A stretch of DNA of 64,000 bases from Octopus sinensis (taxonomy: Eukaryota). Below are positions 26,275 to 36,913 of the stretch, piece after piece (position 1 is the first letter of the stretch; every line of letters starts with the position of its first letter). The notes beneath the pieces are model-generated. The model was not told the DNA's origin. It did not search any database and worked only from the letters and a program-made list of their open reading frames with translations. The translations under genes were made by a program, and so were the position numbers. The DNA lies in contig NC_043020.1 of the NCBI RefSeq assembly GCF_006345805.1, forward strand, positions 22,134,001 through 22,198,000. The letters run 5' to 3'.

Positions 26275-26990
26275 ACTTCCTAATGTCATAATGTCATCCA
26301 ACAACACCAGAGACCTTGGAGCAATTGTTGATAACAATCTAAGCTGGAGTTGCCATGTAAACAGCAAGGTTGACTTGGCTTGCAAGATGTGCTCCTGGAT
26401 TCTGAGAACTTTGTAGTCTAGAGATGCCCTTCTCTACTCTACTTTTGCCCAGCCCCACCTTGCATACTGTTGCCTACTGTGGTCTACCTATACGAAGCAA
26501 CTCATTATGAAAGTAGAAGCACTCCAGAGGTCAATAACAAGACAGGTAGATGGCATGAGAGGCATTGATTATAGTGGTTGACTAAAAAAACTCAATCACT
26601 ACTCTCCCCAATGCTGCTGGGAGCACTACATCATTTGTGTGATGTGGAAAATATTCCATCAATATTGCACAAATGATGTTGGCATCAGTTTTAAAATCCA
26701 TTCAAGACTTGGCCCCCGTACTATCCACCCACTACAAAATTCGAACACAGGACACATAACAACATTACATCACAATTACTTTACCTCAACCAGTCCAGCT
26801 CTCTTTAATACTATACCAAAATACGTCAAAACGGAAACGTTTTCCATAAAATTCAAAAGTTCACTGGACAAATTTTTTCAAAAAATCCCAGACCAACCTC
26901 CTACACCCAGATATGTCTCCAACAATAATAACTCTTTGCTAGACTGGGCCATGGTGCCCCATTTATGACTAAAAGACTTCACCAGGTGGT
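26275..26990 (+). mobile_element. CR1-like LINE 3' fragment, degenerate
   Basis: RDLGAIVDNNLSWSCHV...CSWILRT...ALQRSITRQVDGM...WKIFHQ...LFNTIP with stops and frameshifts. Confidence 0.7.
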
Positions 26991-27060
26991 ACTATTAAGT
27001 TAGACATGGCCTGGGCCTATACTGGCTGAAACCTATCAAAGTTATATATATATATATTCT

Positions 27061-28625
27061 TGTTTCAGGTCAGAGCTGCGGCCATACTGATGCACTGCCG
27101 TTTTGTGCTACACTGTTATTACTAAGGGCCTCCTCTAATATGTGGCACTTGGTGACGAATGGAGTTTGATATAGCTACTCTCATTTGCACCTCTTGCCAT
27201 GAGGTAGGTTCATCTGGGACTCTCGACAGGAAGATGTCCAGCTTTGTCGTCCCGTTCTAGCATTGGTGTAGCTTACAATGCCAAACTTTGGCACAATTCC
27301 TTCCAGGATCTTCCAGACATATATTACTGCATACCTCCCCTGTCTTCTCTCCAGGGAGTAGAATCTTAGCTGTTTCAACCTTTCCCAGTAGCTTTTTATA
27401 ACCCAGGCTTCTTTGTCTGCTTTCTCCCTCACAGCCTTTTTTCGGTTAGGTGGGGCATTTCACTACTTTTGGGATGTTGGTTGAGATGATTTGCAACCTT
27501 CGTCCGTCGTCTCATGAGGATCTTCCTGTCTCTTGGAATCTTGCTCCTATTTGTTTTGGCCTTGTGCTCTGGGACATATTTCTGGCATACGGTTTGCACA
27601 GAAGACATGAAACATTGTAGTTTCATGTCAGTGTCTGGTATGGAGAGACATTCCGGTCAGTCCTCTCTGAGGATCTCTTTTTGGATCGATTTCCAATCTG
27701 CTTTGTGGAAGTTCAGATTGGAGAGATTTCGGGTGCTTCCTTTAGGCTGTATGTCTCTGGTTACTTTCGGCCCAAACATAGACAGCTCTATTATGTTGTG
27801 ATCCGAAACTAATGGTGGTGTCACTTTCACATCATTAATGATGTCCATATTGTTCGTGAAGCAGAGATCCAGAATGTTACTCACCCTAGTTGGTTTGAGT
27901 ACAACTTGCTCCATGAATAAGGCATTGGTGAGGTTGAGCAGGGACTCCACCTGTACTTACTTGCAATGATTCATTCCTGAGAGTATGAGACTTTCGGGCC
28001 ATTTGACGTTGGGGAAGTTGAAATCACCCATAAGAAATATGGTCACGTGGTGTTCCAGATTCATAAGGATTCCTTTAATTCTTGTGAGGCAATCTTCAAA
28101 CTTGCCTATGTGATTTGGAGCATCCGGTGGGCAATATGTATTGCATATGACTATATTGCATTGTCTTATGTATACAATTAGAGTGTCACATACTGAATTT
28201 GAATATGGCAGTAAAACCTGGGGTGTGAGGTCATCACGAATGTATACAGCAACTTTCCCTTCTGTCTGTTCGCAGTATGGCATAGTTTGGTATGTGTACT
28301 TCTGCGTCCTCTATATCAGGGCTGAGGTGTTGTTTCCATGAGTGCTATGCATAGGGCTTGACTGCATGCAGTAAGATCTCTCAGGAAAGAAATTTTGTTT
28401 CTATTTTGATGCAACAGACCCCCAATATTTAGTAAAAGTATTGGGGTGACGGCTGTGCAGGCGTTAGGGGAGGCCATCCCGTGTCTGTTGACTGTGGTGG
28501 TCTTGCATAGTGGTGGGCAGGGTTCCTTCTCTGTGCCTGGTGCAGCCATATTAGCTGCTGGACAATCCTTTGCGCCATGCACAAAAAAGACTCTTGCTCA
28601 GCTGCTGCGTTGCACAGAACATCTG
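27061..28625 (-). mobile_element. CR1-like LINE with its APE endonuclease joined directly to the 3' end (RT deleted)
   Basis: Minus ORFs give [63 protein letters not shown], then abruptly YWERLKQLRFYSLERRQGRYAVIYVWKILEG and the same tail as the 33265-34211 copy. Confidence 0.85.
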
Positions 28626-28712
28626 AGGAGCATATACATATATATACATATATATATGTGTATATATATATGTGTGTGTGTATATATATATGTGTGTGTG
28701 TATATATATATG

Positions 28713-28760
<48 letters not shown>

Positions 28761-28819
28761 TATATCTATATGTGTATATATATATATATAATATATATAT
28801 ATGCATATATCTATATGTG

Positions 28820-28855
<36 letters not shown>

Positions 28856-29285
28856 ATATAATTAACAAATAACAAAGGGTAATTAAGAAGTAATCAATAA
28901 TTTCACCAAGTAGAATTCAGTATGAAAAAAGGACTATTTTCAAGTATTTTGGTTTCTCTGGGAGTCCCTTTTTAAAGTAGAAGAAATAGCTAAGATTTTT
29001 TGGCTGCTATTTCTAAGCTTCGGTATGTGGTAAAGCAAATCTTTGCTGAACCGTTATTAATAAGTATATATATATATATATATATATATATAACAAAGTG
29101 GAGTTGTGGGGTACCACACGAGTGGAATTATATACGAAAGAAGGTTTGAAAATGCAATTTAAAAGATGTTTATTTACTTTACCGGTTTCACTCTTTGGAA
29201 AAAGATTGTCAAAAGTAACATGTAGAAGTTTGGTTGCGTTAATTATTGGTTGTTGCAAATTGCTACATTACATATATACAGTCTT

Positions 29286-29569
29286 TGGTAACAGGGACAT
29301 GTTAAGGACATAAAAATTTCAACAATTTCCTTAAAATATTGGGCACAAAATATTACTACATAAATAATCGTTCTCAAGAACATACTTAAGATAGTGTGTG
29401 TGTGTGTGTGTGTGTGTGTGCATTATGTGTGTATGTTATATGTATGTGTATATGTGTGTGTATTGTATATATATATATATGCATTGTATGTGTGTATATG
29501 TGAATGCATTGTGTGTGGTGTATGTGTGTGTACATTATATATGTATGTATATTATGTGTGTGTGTGTGC

Positions 29570-29619
<50 letters not shown>

Positions 29620-30231
29620 CATTATGTGTATGTGCATTGTATATGTGTATATTATATGTATGTGTATTGTATATGTATGTGTACATTATGTGTATATGTA
29701 TGTGTATATATGCATTGTATATAAGTATATTGTATGTGTTGTATATACATGTATACATGTATATACATTATATGTATATATATGTATACATTGTGTATGT
29801 GTATGTTGTGTGTATATATGTTATATGTATGTGTATATATATATATATACATTGTGTGTATGTATATTGTGTGTATATGTGGTATGTGTATGTATACATT
29901 GTGTGTATGTATATGTATATATGTATATGCATTGTCTATATAAAAATTATATGTATATATTGTGTATATAAGTTATATGTATATATTGTGTATGTGTATT
30001 ATATATATGCTGTGTATGTGTATTGTATGTATATATGTGTTATGTGTATATATGTTGTATATATATTGTATATGTTGTGTATGTGTGCGTTATGTGTATG
30101 TGTGTGTTGTGTGTGTGTGTGTGTTTATATATATGTATATTATATATATATATATATGTTATATATGTGTTGTGTGTGTGTGTGTATTATATATATGTGT
30201 GTTGTGTGTGTGTATATTATATGTATATGTG

Positions 30232-30267
<36 letters not shown>

Positions 30268-31472
30268 TATGTATATGCATGATGTATATATCTGTATGTA
30301 TATATATATGTATATAGTGTGTATGTATGGCCCGCACGCATAGGCGCATGTATATGCACACACAGGGATGCGTGCACCCACACCGTGTGCACGCACACAC
30401 ACGAGCACATACTCAGTGCCAACACACGCAGGACACATATACACGCATGCCACACAGATACACCCAACAGACATGGACACGCACGCGAACAGACACATAC
30501 ACACTAGCGCACGCGCAACTCACTAATAGACATTAACCCCACACATACACACACACACACACAAACGGGCACACATATACACACACCATCCTACCCCAAA
30601 AAATTCTTTAAACAACACACATCTATTTACACCACCCTGGAACCAATCAAAAACAGCCCCCCCCACACACATAAACACATGTATACATGTATATGCACAC
30701 ACACAAGGACACACACACTCACACCAATCTCACCTCCATACAGACACACATATACACAGGAAGCACCATGCCAAATGCCATCCACACACATACATACATG
30801 CACACACACACACACACACACAACACCAAGACAACCACACAGGTTGACAAACAGACACACCACCCTACCAGACCTGACAGACACACAGACACATCTATTC
30901 ACACCACATATGTATATATGCACACACGCATACACACAAAGACACACACACTCACCTCATCCTGACCCCAAAATCATTGATGCTTGAAGGAGAGACAAAA
31001 AAAGAAAAAAATGGTACATTCTTTTCAGTTCCACATTTTTCTCCTCCTAAAATGGACAGGTCAGTTTTAGCTCCCCCACTATTATAATGTAAATCTTTTT
31101 TGAACTCATAATATTCTGTATGTGTATACTGAACTTTTTTGATAATTCCTCCTGGAAATTACCTTAAGATGTATAATATTTTTGTTTTAATCTTTTCTGT
31201 CCATTATTTCAATGAGCTTGTTAAACTTTTTTATATTCTCAACATACTGTTGTCACCAAAGAATGTATGGATTATATATGGATTATAGTACTCTGTGTCA
31301 ACCAATATTCTGTGCATGTTTGAATATACAGATACAATACCAATATCAATTCCTTCTGGAAACTATCTTAAGTATGTCCTTGAGAACGATTATTTATGTA
31401 GTAATATTTTGTGCCCAATATTTTAAGGAACTTGTTGAACTTTTTTATGTCCTTAACATGTCCCTGTTACCA
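29286..31472. repeat. ~110-bp inverted repeat pair (29286-29394 and 31363-31472) around TG-rich and CA-rich blocks
   Basis: The reverse complement of the left arm differs from the right arm by about 3 substitutions and 1 indel. Confidence 0.9.
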
Positions 31473-31497
31473 TTATATATATATATATATATATATA

Positions 31498-31884
31498 CTA
31501 GCAGTATCGCCCGGCGTTGCTCGGGTTTGTAAGGGAAATAACTATATAAGCATTTTTAGAGAGTTATAGCCAAAAAATGCATTAAAAATGGAAAAAAAAT
31601 TAAGGTAAATTTTTTTTTAAATCGTTGACACATCGTAGATATTTTTAGAGAGTTACTTCCCTTATATAATAGCGAAAAAAATGCATTAAAATGGAAAAAT
31701 ATGATGGTAAATTTTTTTTAAATCGTAGACTCATCGTAGACGCGCGCTAATACCCAGAAGGGCTCAATATGACTCACGACTTTAAGATACCCGCTTTTGG
31801 TTAAACTGCACCGCACAATGTGGGAGTAGTTACGAATCTAAATCATAGGAGACAGACACACAACTTCACTTTTATATATAAAGA
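31498..31884 (-). mobile_element. Non-autonomous Helitron
   Basis: On the minus strand: A|TCTTTATATATAAAA 5' end, 3' hairpin CCCGAGCAACGCCGGG, and CTAG|T end. Homologous copy at 59442-59820. Confidence 0.8.
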
Positions 31885-31992
31885 TATAAGCCATGTAGTT
31901 ATATACACATACTTTGTTATATACACATTCTTAAAAGAAAATGTTATTTTGAACACAACATTTATAAAGAATAAAATATTTTTTGGTTTTTC

Positions 31993-32710
31993 TTAACCCT
32001 TTCGTTACTATATTTCTGACCAAAATACACCCCTTATGTGTTTCAATTAATTTCTAACGTAATCATAAATTTAGTCTGGTTTCATTAAACAACTATAACT
32101 TTTTTATTTATCAATATATTAACATGAATTTTGGAAGATAATTTAATGAAATGTTCTCAACCAATTCTATACTATAATTTTTGTCACGAAGTGACTGTAA
32201 TTGCAGGTAATACAGGTAAATTCAACAATATATAAAATTATTAAAATTTTGTTCAAACATCACTATGAAAAATGGGTTATTAGCTAATATTCAATTGGGT
32301 ATACAACAAAATTTTACGATAAAAAATTTGTTATTCTGGGTAACTTTCTGATACCCATAATAATATTTATGGCAAAATAGGCCTTAATTTCATTTAAGGT
32401 TGTGGGAAATAACAAACTATCCTTTCTTTCGCTTTGTTTACGTTTAGCGTAACAGTTCGTTTCCGCCGTAATGATTTCAAATGGGCTCATTCGAAAAAGT
32501 AAAAAGAAATAGTTTAAGGCTTTACTCTTCTGGGAAAGTCTGTGGCTTGGTCCAGTTTCTTCAGAAAAATCACCGAAAGAAACAGTTTTTAAATTTTCAC
32601 TCCATTCAGGTGCCAATTCATTTTCTTTATCGCTGTCGGAGCTCTTGGATTCACTGTTTTCACTTTAATCATTGCACACTTGCAAAGAGACAGGAGGAGA
32701 TATTAGAGTG
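31993..32710 (-). mobile_element. piggyBac transposon relic (one terminus plus an N-terminal transposase fragment)
   Basis: TTAA-CCCTTTCG terminus at 31993. Minus ORF 32314-32616 (FSEETGP...YFFLLF...FEIITAETNCYA...PTTLNEIKAYFAINIIMGIRKLP) matches PGBD/piggyBac N-terminal motifs. Confidence 0.75.
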
Positions 32711-33063
32711 ATAGCGTGAGTGAAGCAGATCGCTCTCTTTTTGTGTGTGTGTGTGTGTGTGTGCGTGTGCTATAGCCCACACTAAGAAAAGCACTTGACT
32801 AACACACCACAATGTGAGTTTTCTCTAAATTTTGCTTAATTGGGGTTGAAATTTGAAAAACTGGACCTGGCACGACCCGATGCATTCTACTCTTAAAAAT
32901 GCTAGGTAAATTGTAATTGAAGAAATCCTATATTGTAGATTTCTATAAGATTTCTATAAGAGACAAAGGGAGGCAGATAAAATCTGCCTTTTATAATAAG
33001 AGATGCATTATATATATATATATGCATATATATATATATATATGATATATATATATATATATA

Positions 33064-33113
<50 letters not shown>

Positions 33114-33264
33114 TATATATATATAGATATGCATATATATATATAGATATAGATGCATATATATATATATATTATATATATATATATATTATATGCAATA
33201 TATATATATATGCATATATATATATATATGCATATATATATATGCATATATATATATGCATATA

Positions 33265-34211
33265 TGATTGATGATTGATTGATTCCAGTTTCAGCTTATG
33301 AGCTGTGCCATGCTGGGGCACCGCCATTTGGTGTTGCTACTTGGTTTCACTTCATGGAGGCTTTCTAGCAACTGCTATTTGGTGCATGAGAGAGTTCGAT
33401 GCATGCCCTCATCTGCCCCTCCTGCGTGAAGTGGTTCATCTGGGACACCTGACAGGAAGAGATCCAGCTCCATTTTAAAGACATCTGTATCCACCCCATG
33501 CGGGTCTCTCAGGTTCATCGGAGAGGATATTGAAGAGCTGTGGGCCTCGGAAGCCCAGGCTATCACAGAATCTTGTCCTACATCTTGATGGCAAGTTGGA
33601 GTCCTAGGCACCACGCAGTGGCGCCCAGTTCTGGCGTTTGCGTAACTCTCGATGCCAAAGTTCAGGACACTTCCCTCCAGGATCTTCCAGATGTATATTA
33701 TGGCATATCTTTCCCGCCTACGCTCCAGGGAATATAATTTTAATCTCTTGAGTCTTTCCCAGTAGCTTACATTCTGCATAGAGGCTATCTTCTTCGTGTA
33801 GCTTCATTGGATCGCCTCAAGTTCTGTGATCAACTTGACACTGGATGTTGACCATAGCTGAGAGCAATAGTCAAAGTGACTTAGGACAAGTGTCTTCCAG
33901 AGGACCATCATGGTTTCTTGTTCTCTTGTTCTAAAGGTTCTAAGGATCCATCCAGCCAGCCGTCTGCATTTCATTGTCAGTTTAGCAACATGTACATGAA
34001 AGGTCGCGTTATCACTCATGTGAATACCCAGGTCACGCACTGATTGTGCCTCTGGGATTGCAATCACTCCGGGTCCAGTGTATTCCTTGGGTATTGCATT
34101 CAGTTTTGCATGCTGATAGTATATAGCTTGAAACTTTTCAGCATTGAACTGCATGCTATTCTTTTCAGCCCACTTGTATATTTCGTCCAGCTCATATTGC
34201 AGGTGCCTAGT
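33265..34211 (-). mobile_element. CR1-like LINE 3' part, cut by the assembly gap
   Basis: NSMQFNAEKFQ, VRDLGIHMSD, LSHFDYCSQLWS, SYWERLKRLKLYSLERRRERYAIIYIWKILEG; (ATCA)n tail at about 33265-33285. Confidence 0.9.
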
Positions 34212-34311
34212 NNNNNNNNNNNNNNNNNNNNNNNNNNNNNNNNNNNNNNNNNNNNNNNNNNNNNNNNNNNNNNNNNNNNNNNNNNNNNNNNNNNNNNNNN
34301 NNNNNNNNNNN
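34212..34311. other. Assembly gap (100 N, true size unknown)
   Basis: Run of exactly 100 n; unrelated sequence on each side. Confidence 1.
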
Positions 34312-34420
34312 TTTATTCCTTTTCCTTTGTTCCAACATTTTTCCATCTTGGTTTTTAAAGGTGCTCTTTTACGTGTCCAAGTTTCCCACAACGGAAGCAG
34401 ACCACTTTACTTTCTTAAAT
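34312..34420 (-). pseudogene. Zinc-knuckle fragment (gag/ORF1-like) of a retroelement
   Basis: Minus strand 34399-34361 reads C F R C G K L G H V K E H (CX2CX4H, final Cys lost). Confidence 0.5.
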
Positions 34421-34859
34421 GGATAGACCTCCACATAACATCCCCACCAACACAAACACACACGAACATACACACGCCACACACACGTCGCACACGCACA
34501 CACGCTGCGCGAACAAACACATGCGCACCACACAACACTCTTACAAATACATATCACATACATAACACACACACACAAATGTGCACACTTATACACACAC
34601 CATCCTGCTAAATATGAAATACACACTACACAGACTCATACACATGGCACACTAAACTGGGACCAATCAAAAACGGCCCACACACACCAGACACAAGCAC
34701 AATATAGTACACACACAACACAAAGCACATATATATATATACACAGACACACACACAAAGGGACGTGCGCAGAGACACACACTCACTCACACCCATTCTG
34801 ACCTCTAAGACCAGTCCCAAATACTACTGAACCATGACAGACAGCCCAGAAACAAAAAG

Positions 34860-36392
34860 TCCTTTTGATTCCACAGCGTGAGACGACTGTTGTTATCGTT
34901 AGGCCTAACTCATCGTAAGTCAATACCACCATGACTGATATCCAATCTACAGTGGAGAAGGCTAGCCACTGGATTTGGTTAAAAAGAGACGATGAGCGAT
35001 GGCTAGAAGTATATTGAGTTCTTCATAACCAGCTGATCTAGCAAGCGGGGCCTCATATCAGTGAGGGGGGCCGGTGCGCATTGATGCCGTCGAGAGGTAG
35101 CCCCGAAACGGCGCGCATTCTCTCCTGATGACCCCATACACTTGCTAGCTTCCGATATACGGAGCTTTTAACTGGTAGCACTTGCATGTGCAAGTTGTTT
35201 GCAAGACATCTAATACCTTGTGGTAGGTAACCACTGACAAACCGGAAAGACGGTTAGGCATCTTGGAAGACAAGAGGACTGCTCGGAAAGACCAGCGGAC
35301 AATAGGAAAGACTATCGACACCAGGAAAGACTGGCGGAGGCTGCGGACTTACGATCCTCGCCTCTGTATTTTATTGTAACAGAAATAACAGGAAATGACA
35401 GCCCCACGATTGATCAAGAGGGGAGAGTCGAGAATCAATCAAACCAGTCAGCACGGGAATGACCTTGGAACCGACATGATTATTCATTCGAACAGCGAAC
35501 GAAATGCAAACAACTTTGGATGCAAGCTGTGCTATAGAACCTTTGCAACTGAGAGAGGCTTGAAGATATCATCGGGAAAGACTTGTGAGAAGAAGACAGA
35601 GCAGTGTGGATCGTCAGATCATAAAACACGTGGCATCATCCCCGACTCAAACCACAGCGGATCGATAAATGCTACAGCAGAGAACTCTTCACGTGATAAC
35701 TTAAACTCAAGTCATGAACTGGGTGCATCGGATAATACTCAGAGGAACCGAGGGTTTTGTGCCTGCTGCTAATGAGAAAGTGAAATATAAAGAGTTTGAA
35801 AACAAGGTTTGTCGGGCTCTTTATAAAATGACAGGCTCTACAGTGGAGAAACTGGGAAAATTATCAAGCTCAATATACGATATAGGAAAATATTTATTTG
35901 GAGTAAAAGAGAATATCCGACTAGAGAAAGGAAAGTGTGGACCAAGCAGGAGGATCAGAAAAATGCAGCAGTTGAGGAAGGAAAAGTCCGACTTAAGAAA
36001 GCGATGGAGATGTGCTGCACTAGATGAGAAACCTGGCCTTGCGTTGCTGTATACCGATTTGAAGAGGAAATGTCGTTATGTGCAACGACATATCCACCGA
36101 TATGAGCGTCGAAAAGAAAGTAAAAGGACTCGGGGGCAGTTTCTGAAGACCCGTACGGGTTTACTAAGAAGCTGTTCACTGAACCGAGGAGTGGTACTTT
36201 ATCGTGCACTAAAGAAGAATTGGATGCTCATATCAAGGAAACCTACAGCGATCGCACCGTCACCAGCCGCTGCCACCTCTACATGGTTTAAATCAATCTC
36301 TCAGGACCTGATATCGAATTCCAGATTGGGGACATCAGGGAGAGAGAGGTGAATGACTTCGTAAGAAAGCTAGAGCAAGCAAAAGTGCCCCG
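34860..36392 (+). mobile_element. HERO-like (R2-superclade, REL-endonuclease type) non-LTR retrotransposon: 5' UTR and N-terminal ORF, truncated before the RT
   Basis: N-terminal zinc finger CKLCYRTFATERGLKI..GKTC (35521-35586), then PAANEK..FE..V...IYDIG..LFGVKE...RRIRKMQQLRKE...EKPGL...RRKESKRTRGQFL.(frameshift)PY.FTKKLFTEPRSGTL..KEELDAHIKETYSD...KKARASKSAP. This order of motifs is the one I recall for HERO-clade ORFs. Confidence 0.75.
35240..35335 (+). ncRNA. Array of five small hairpins with a conserved G-GAA(A)GA-C core
   Basis: AACCG-GAAAGA-CGGTT; TCTTG-GAAGA-CAAGA; GCTCG-GAAAGA-CCAGC (one C-C mismatch); ATAG-GAAAGA-CTAT; CCAG-GAAAGA-CTGG; period 19-21 nt. Confidence 0.7.
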
Positions 36393-36579
36393 AGTTTTTA
36401 AGTATTGAGAAATCTTTGAGTTGGATGAGACTTTCCAATTTTCTCTGGTTTTTCTTCTCAGAAGTATGTATAATTTGCCGTGGTAGGAATTCTCGATAGT
36501 TTTGGGGTTAATAAGAAGCCCCCCGGAATAGAGAGGAGCTATAGTGCCACTTGATTTTTAATGTATAAATTAAGAGGGA

Positions 36580-36873
36580 TTCCGTGCGTATGTGTGTGTG
36601 CGTTTGTGTGTGTGTGTGTGTGTGTGGTGTGTGTGTGTGTGTGTGTGTGTGTTGTGTGTGTGTGTGAGTGTATAGTTGTGTGATTGTCATACATAAGATG
36701 TCAGGCATTCAAGAGCAATTGCTATAGTTAATAGAATGTAATACAATACCGCGTAATAGTTGATTGTGTCGTTGTATATTGTATAATATTGAGTTTTAAA
36801 GGGTATGTAGGTATACATTATTATATAGAGAAGGCGAAATATACAGATATATACGTACATATTTATGTGCTTG

Positions 36874-36913
<40 letters not shown>

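Noticed and set aside
28429-30987. Many long ORFs rich in Y/I/C/V/H/T (for example 29394-30317, 307 aa)
   Set aside because: Translations of (TA)n/(TG)n/(CA)n microsatellites; the same applies at 33008-33247, 36500-40320, 44814-45239 and 57800-59030.
23691-31060. Candidate acceptors for the missing last MFSD1 exon at 23694, 27068 and 31028
   Set aside because: In the required phase they give early stops or peptides with no MFSD1 similarity, and two lie inside repeats.
33804-34611. ORFs spanning the N run
   Set aside because: Artefacts of reading through the assembly gap and joining unrelated elements.
34895-34925. CTCATCGT as the L3 loop of an HDV-like ribozyme at the HERO 5' end
   Set aside because: I could not build P3/P1/P1.1 around it by eye; a descriptor search (RNArobo or Infernal HDV-like models) would settle it.
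35240-35335. Regularly spaced GGAAAGAC repeats resembling a mini CRISPR array
   Set aside because: The conserved part is only 7-8 nt with self-complementary flanks, there are no cas genes, and the context is a eukaryotic retroelement. Reported as a hairpin array instead.
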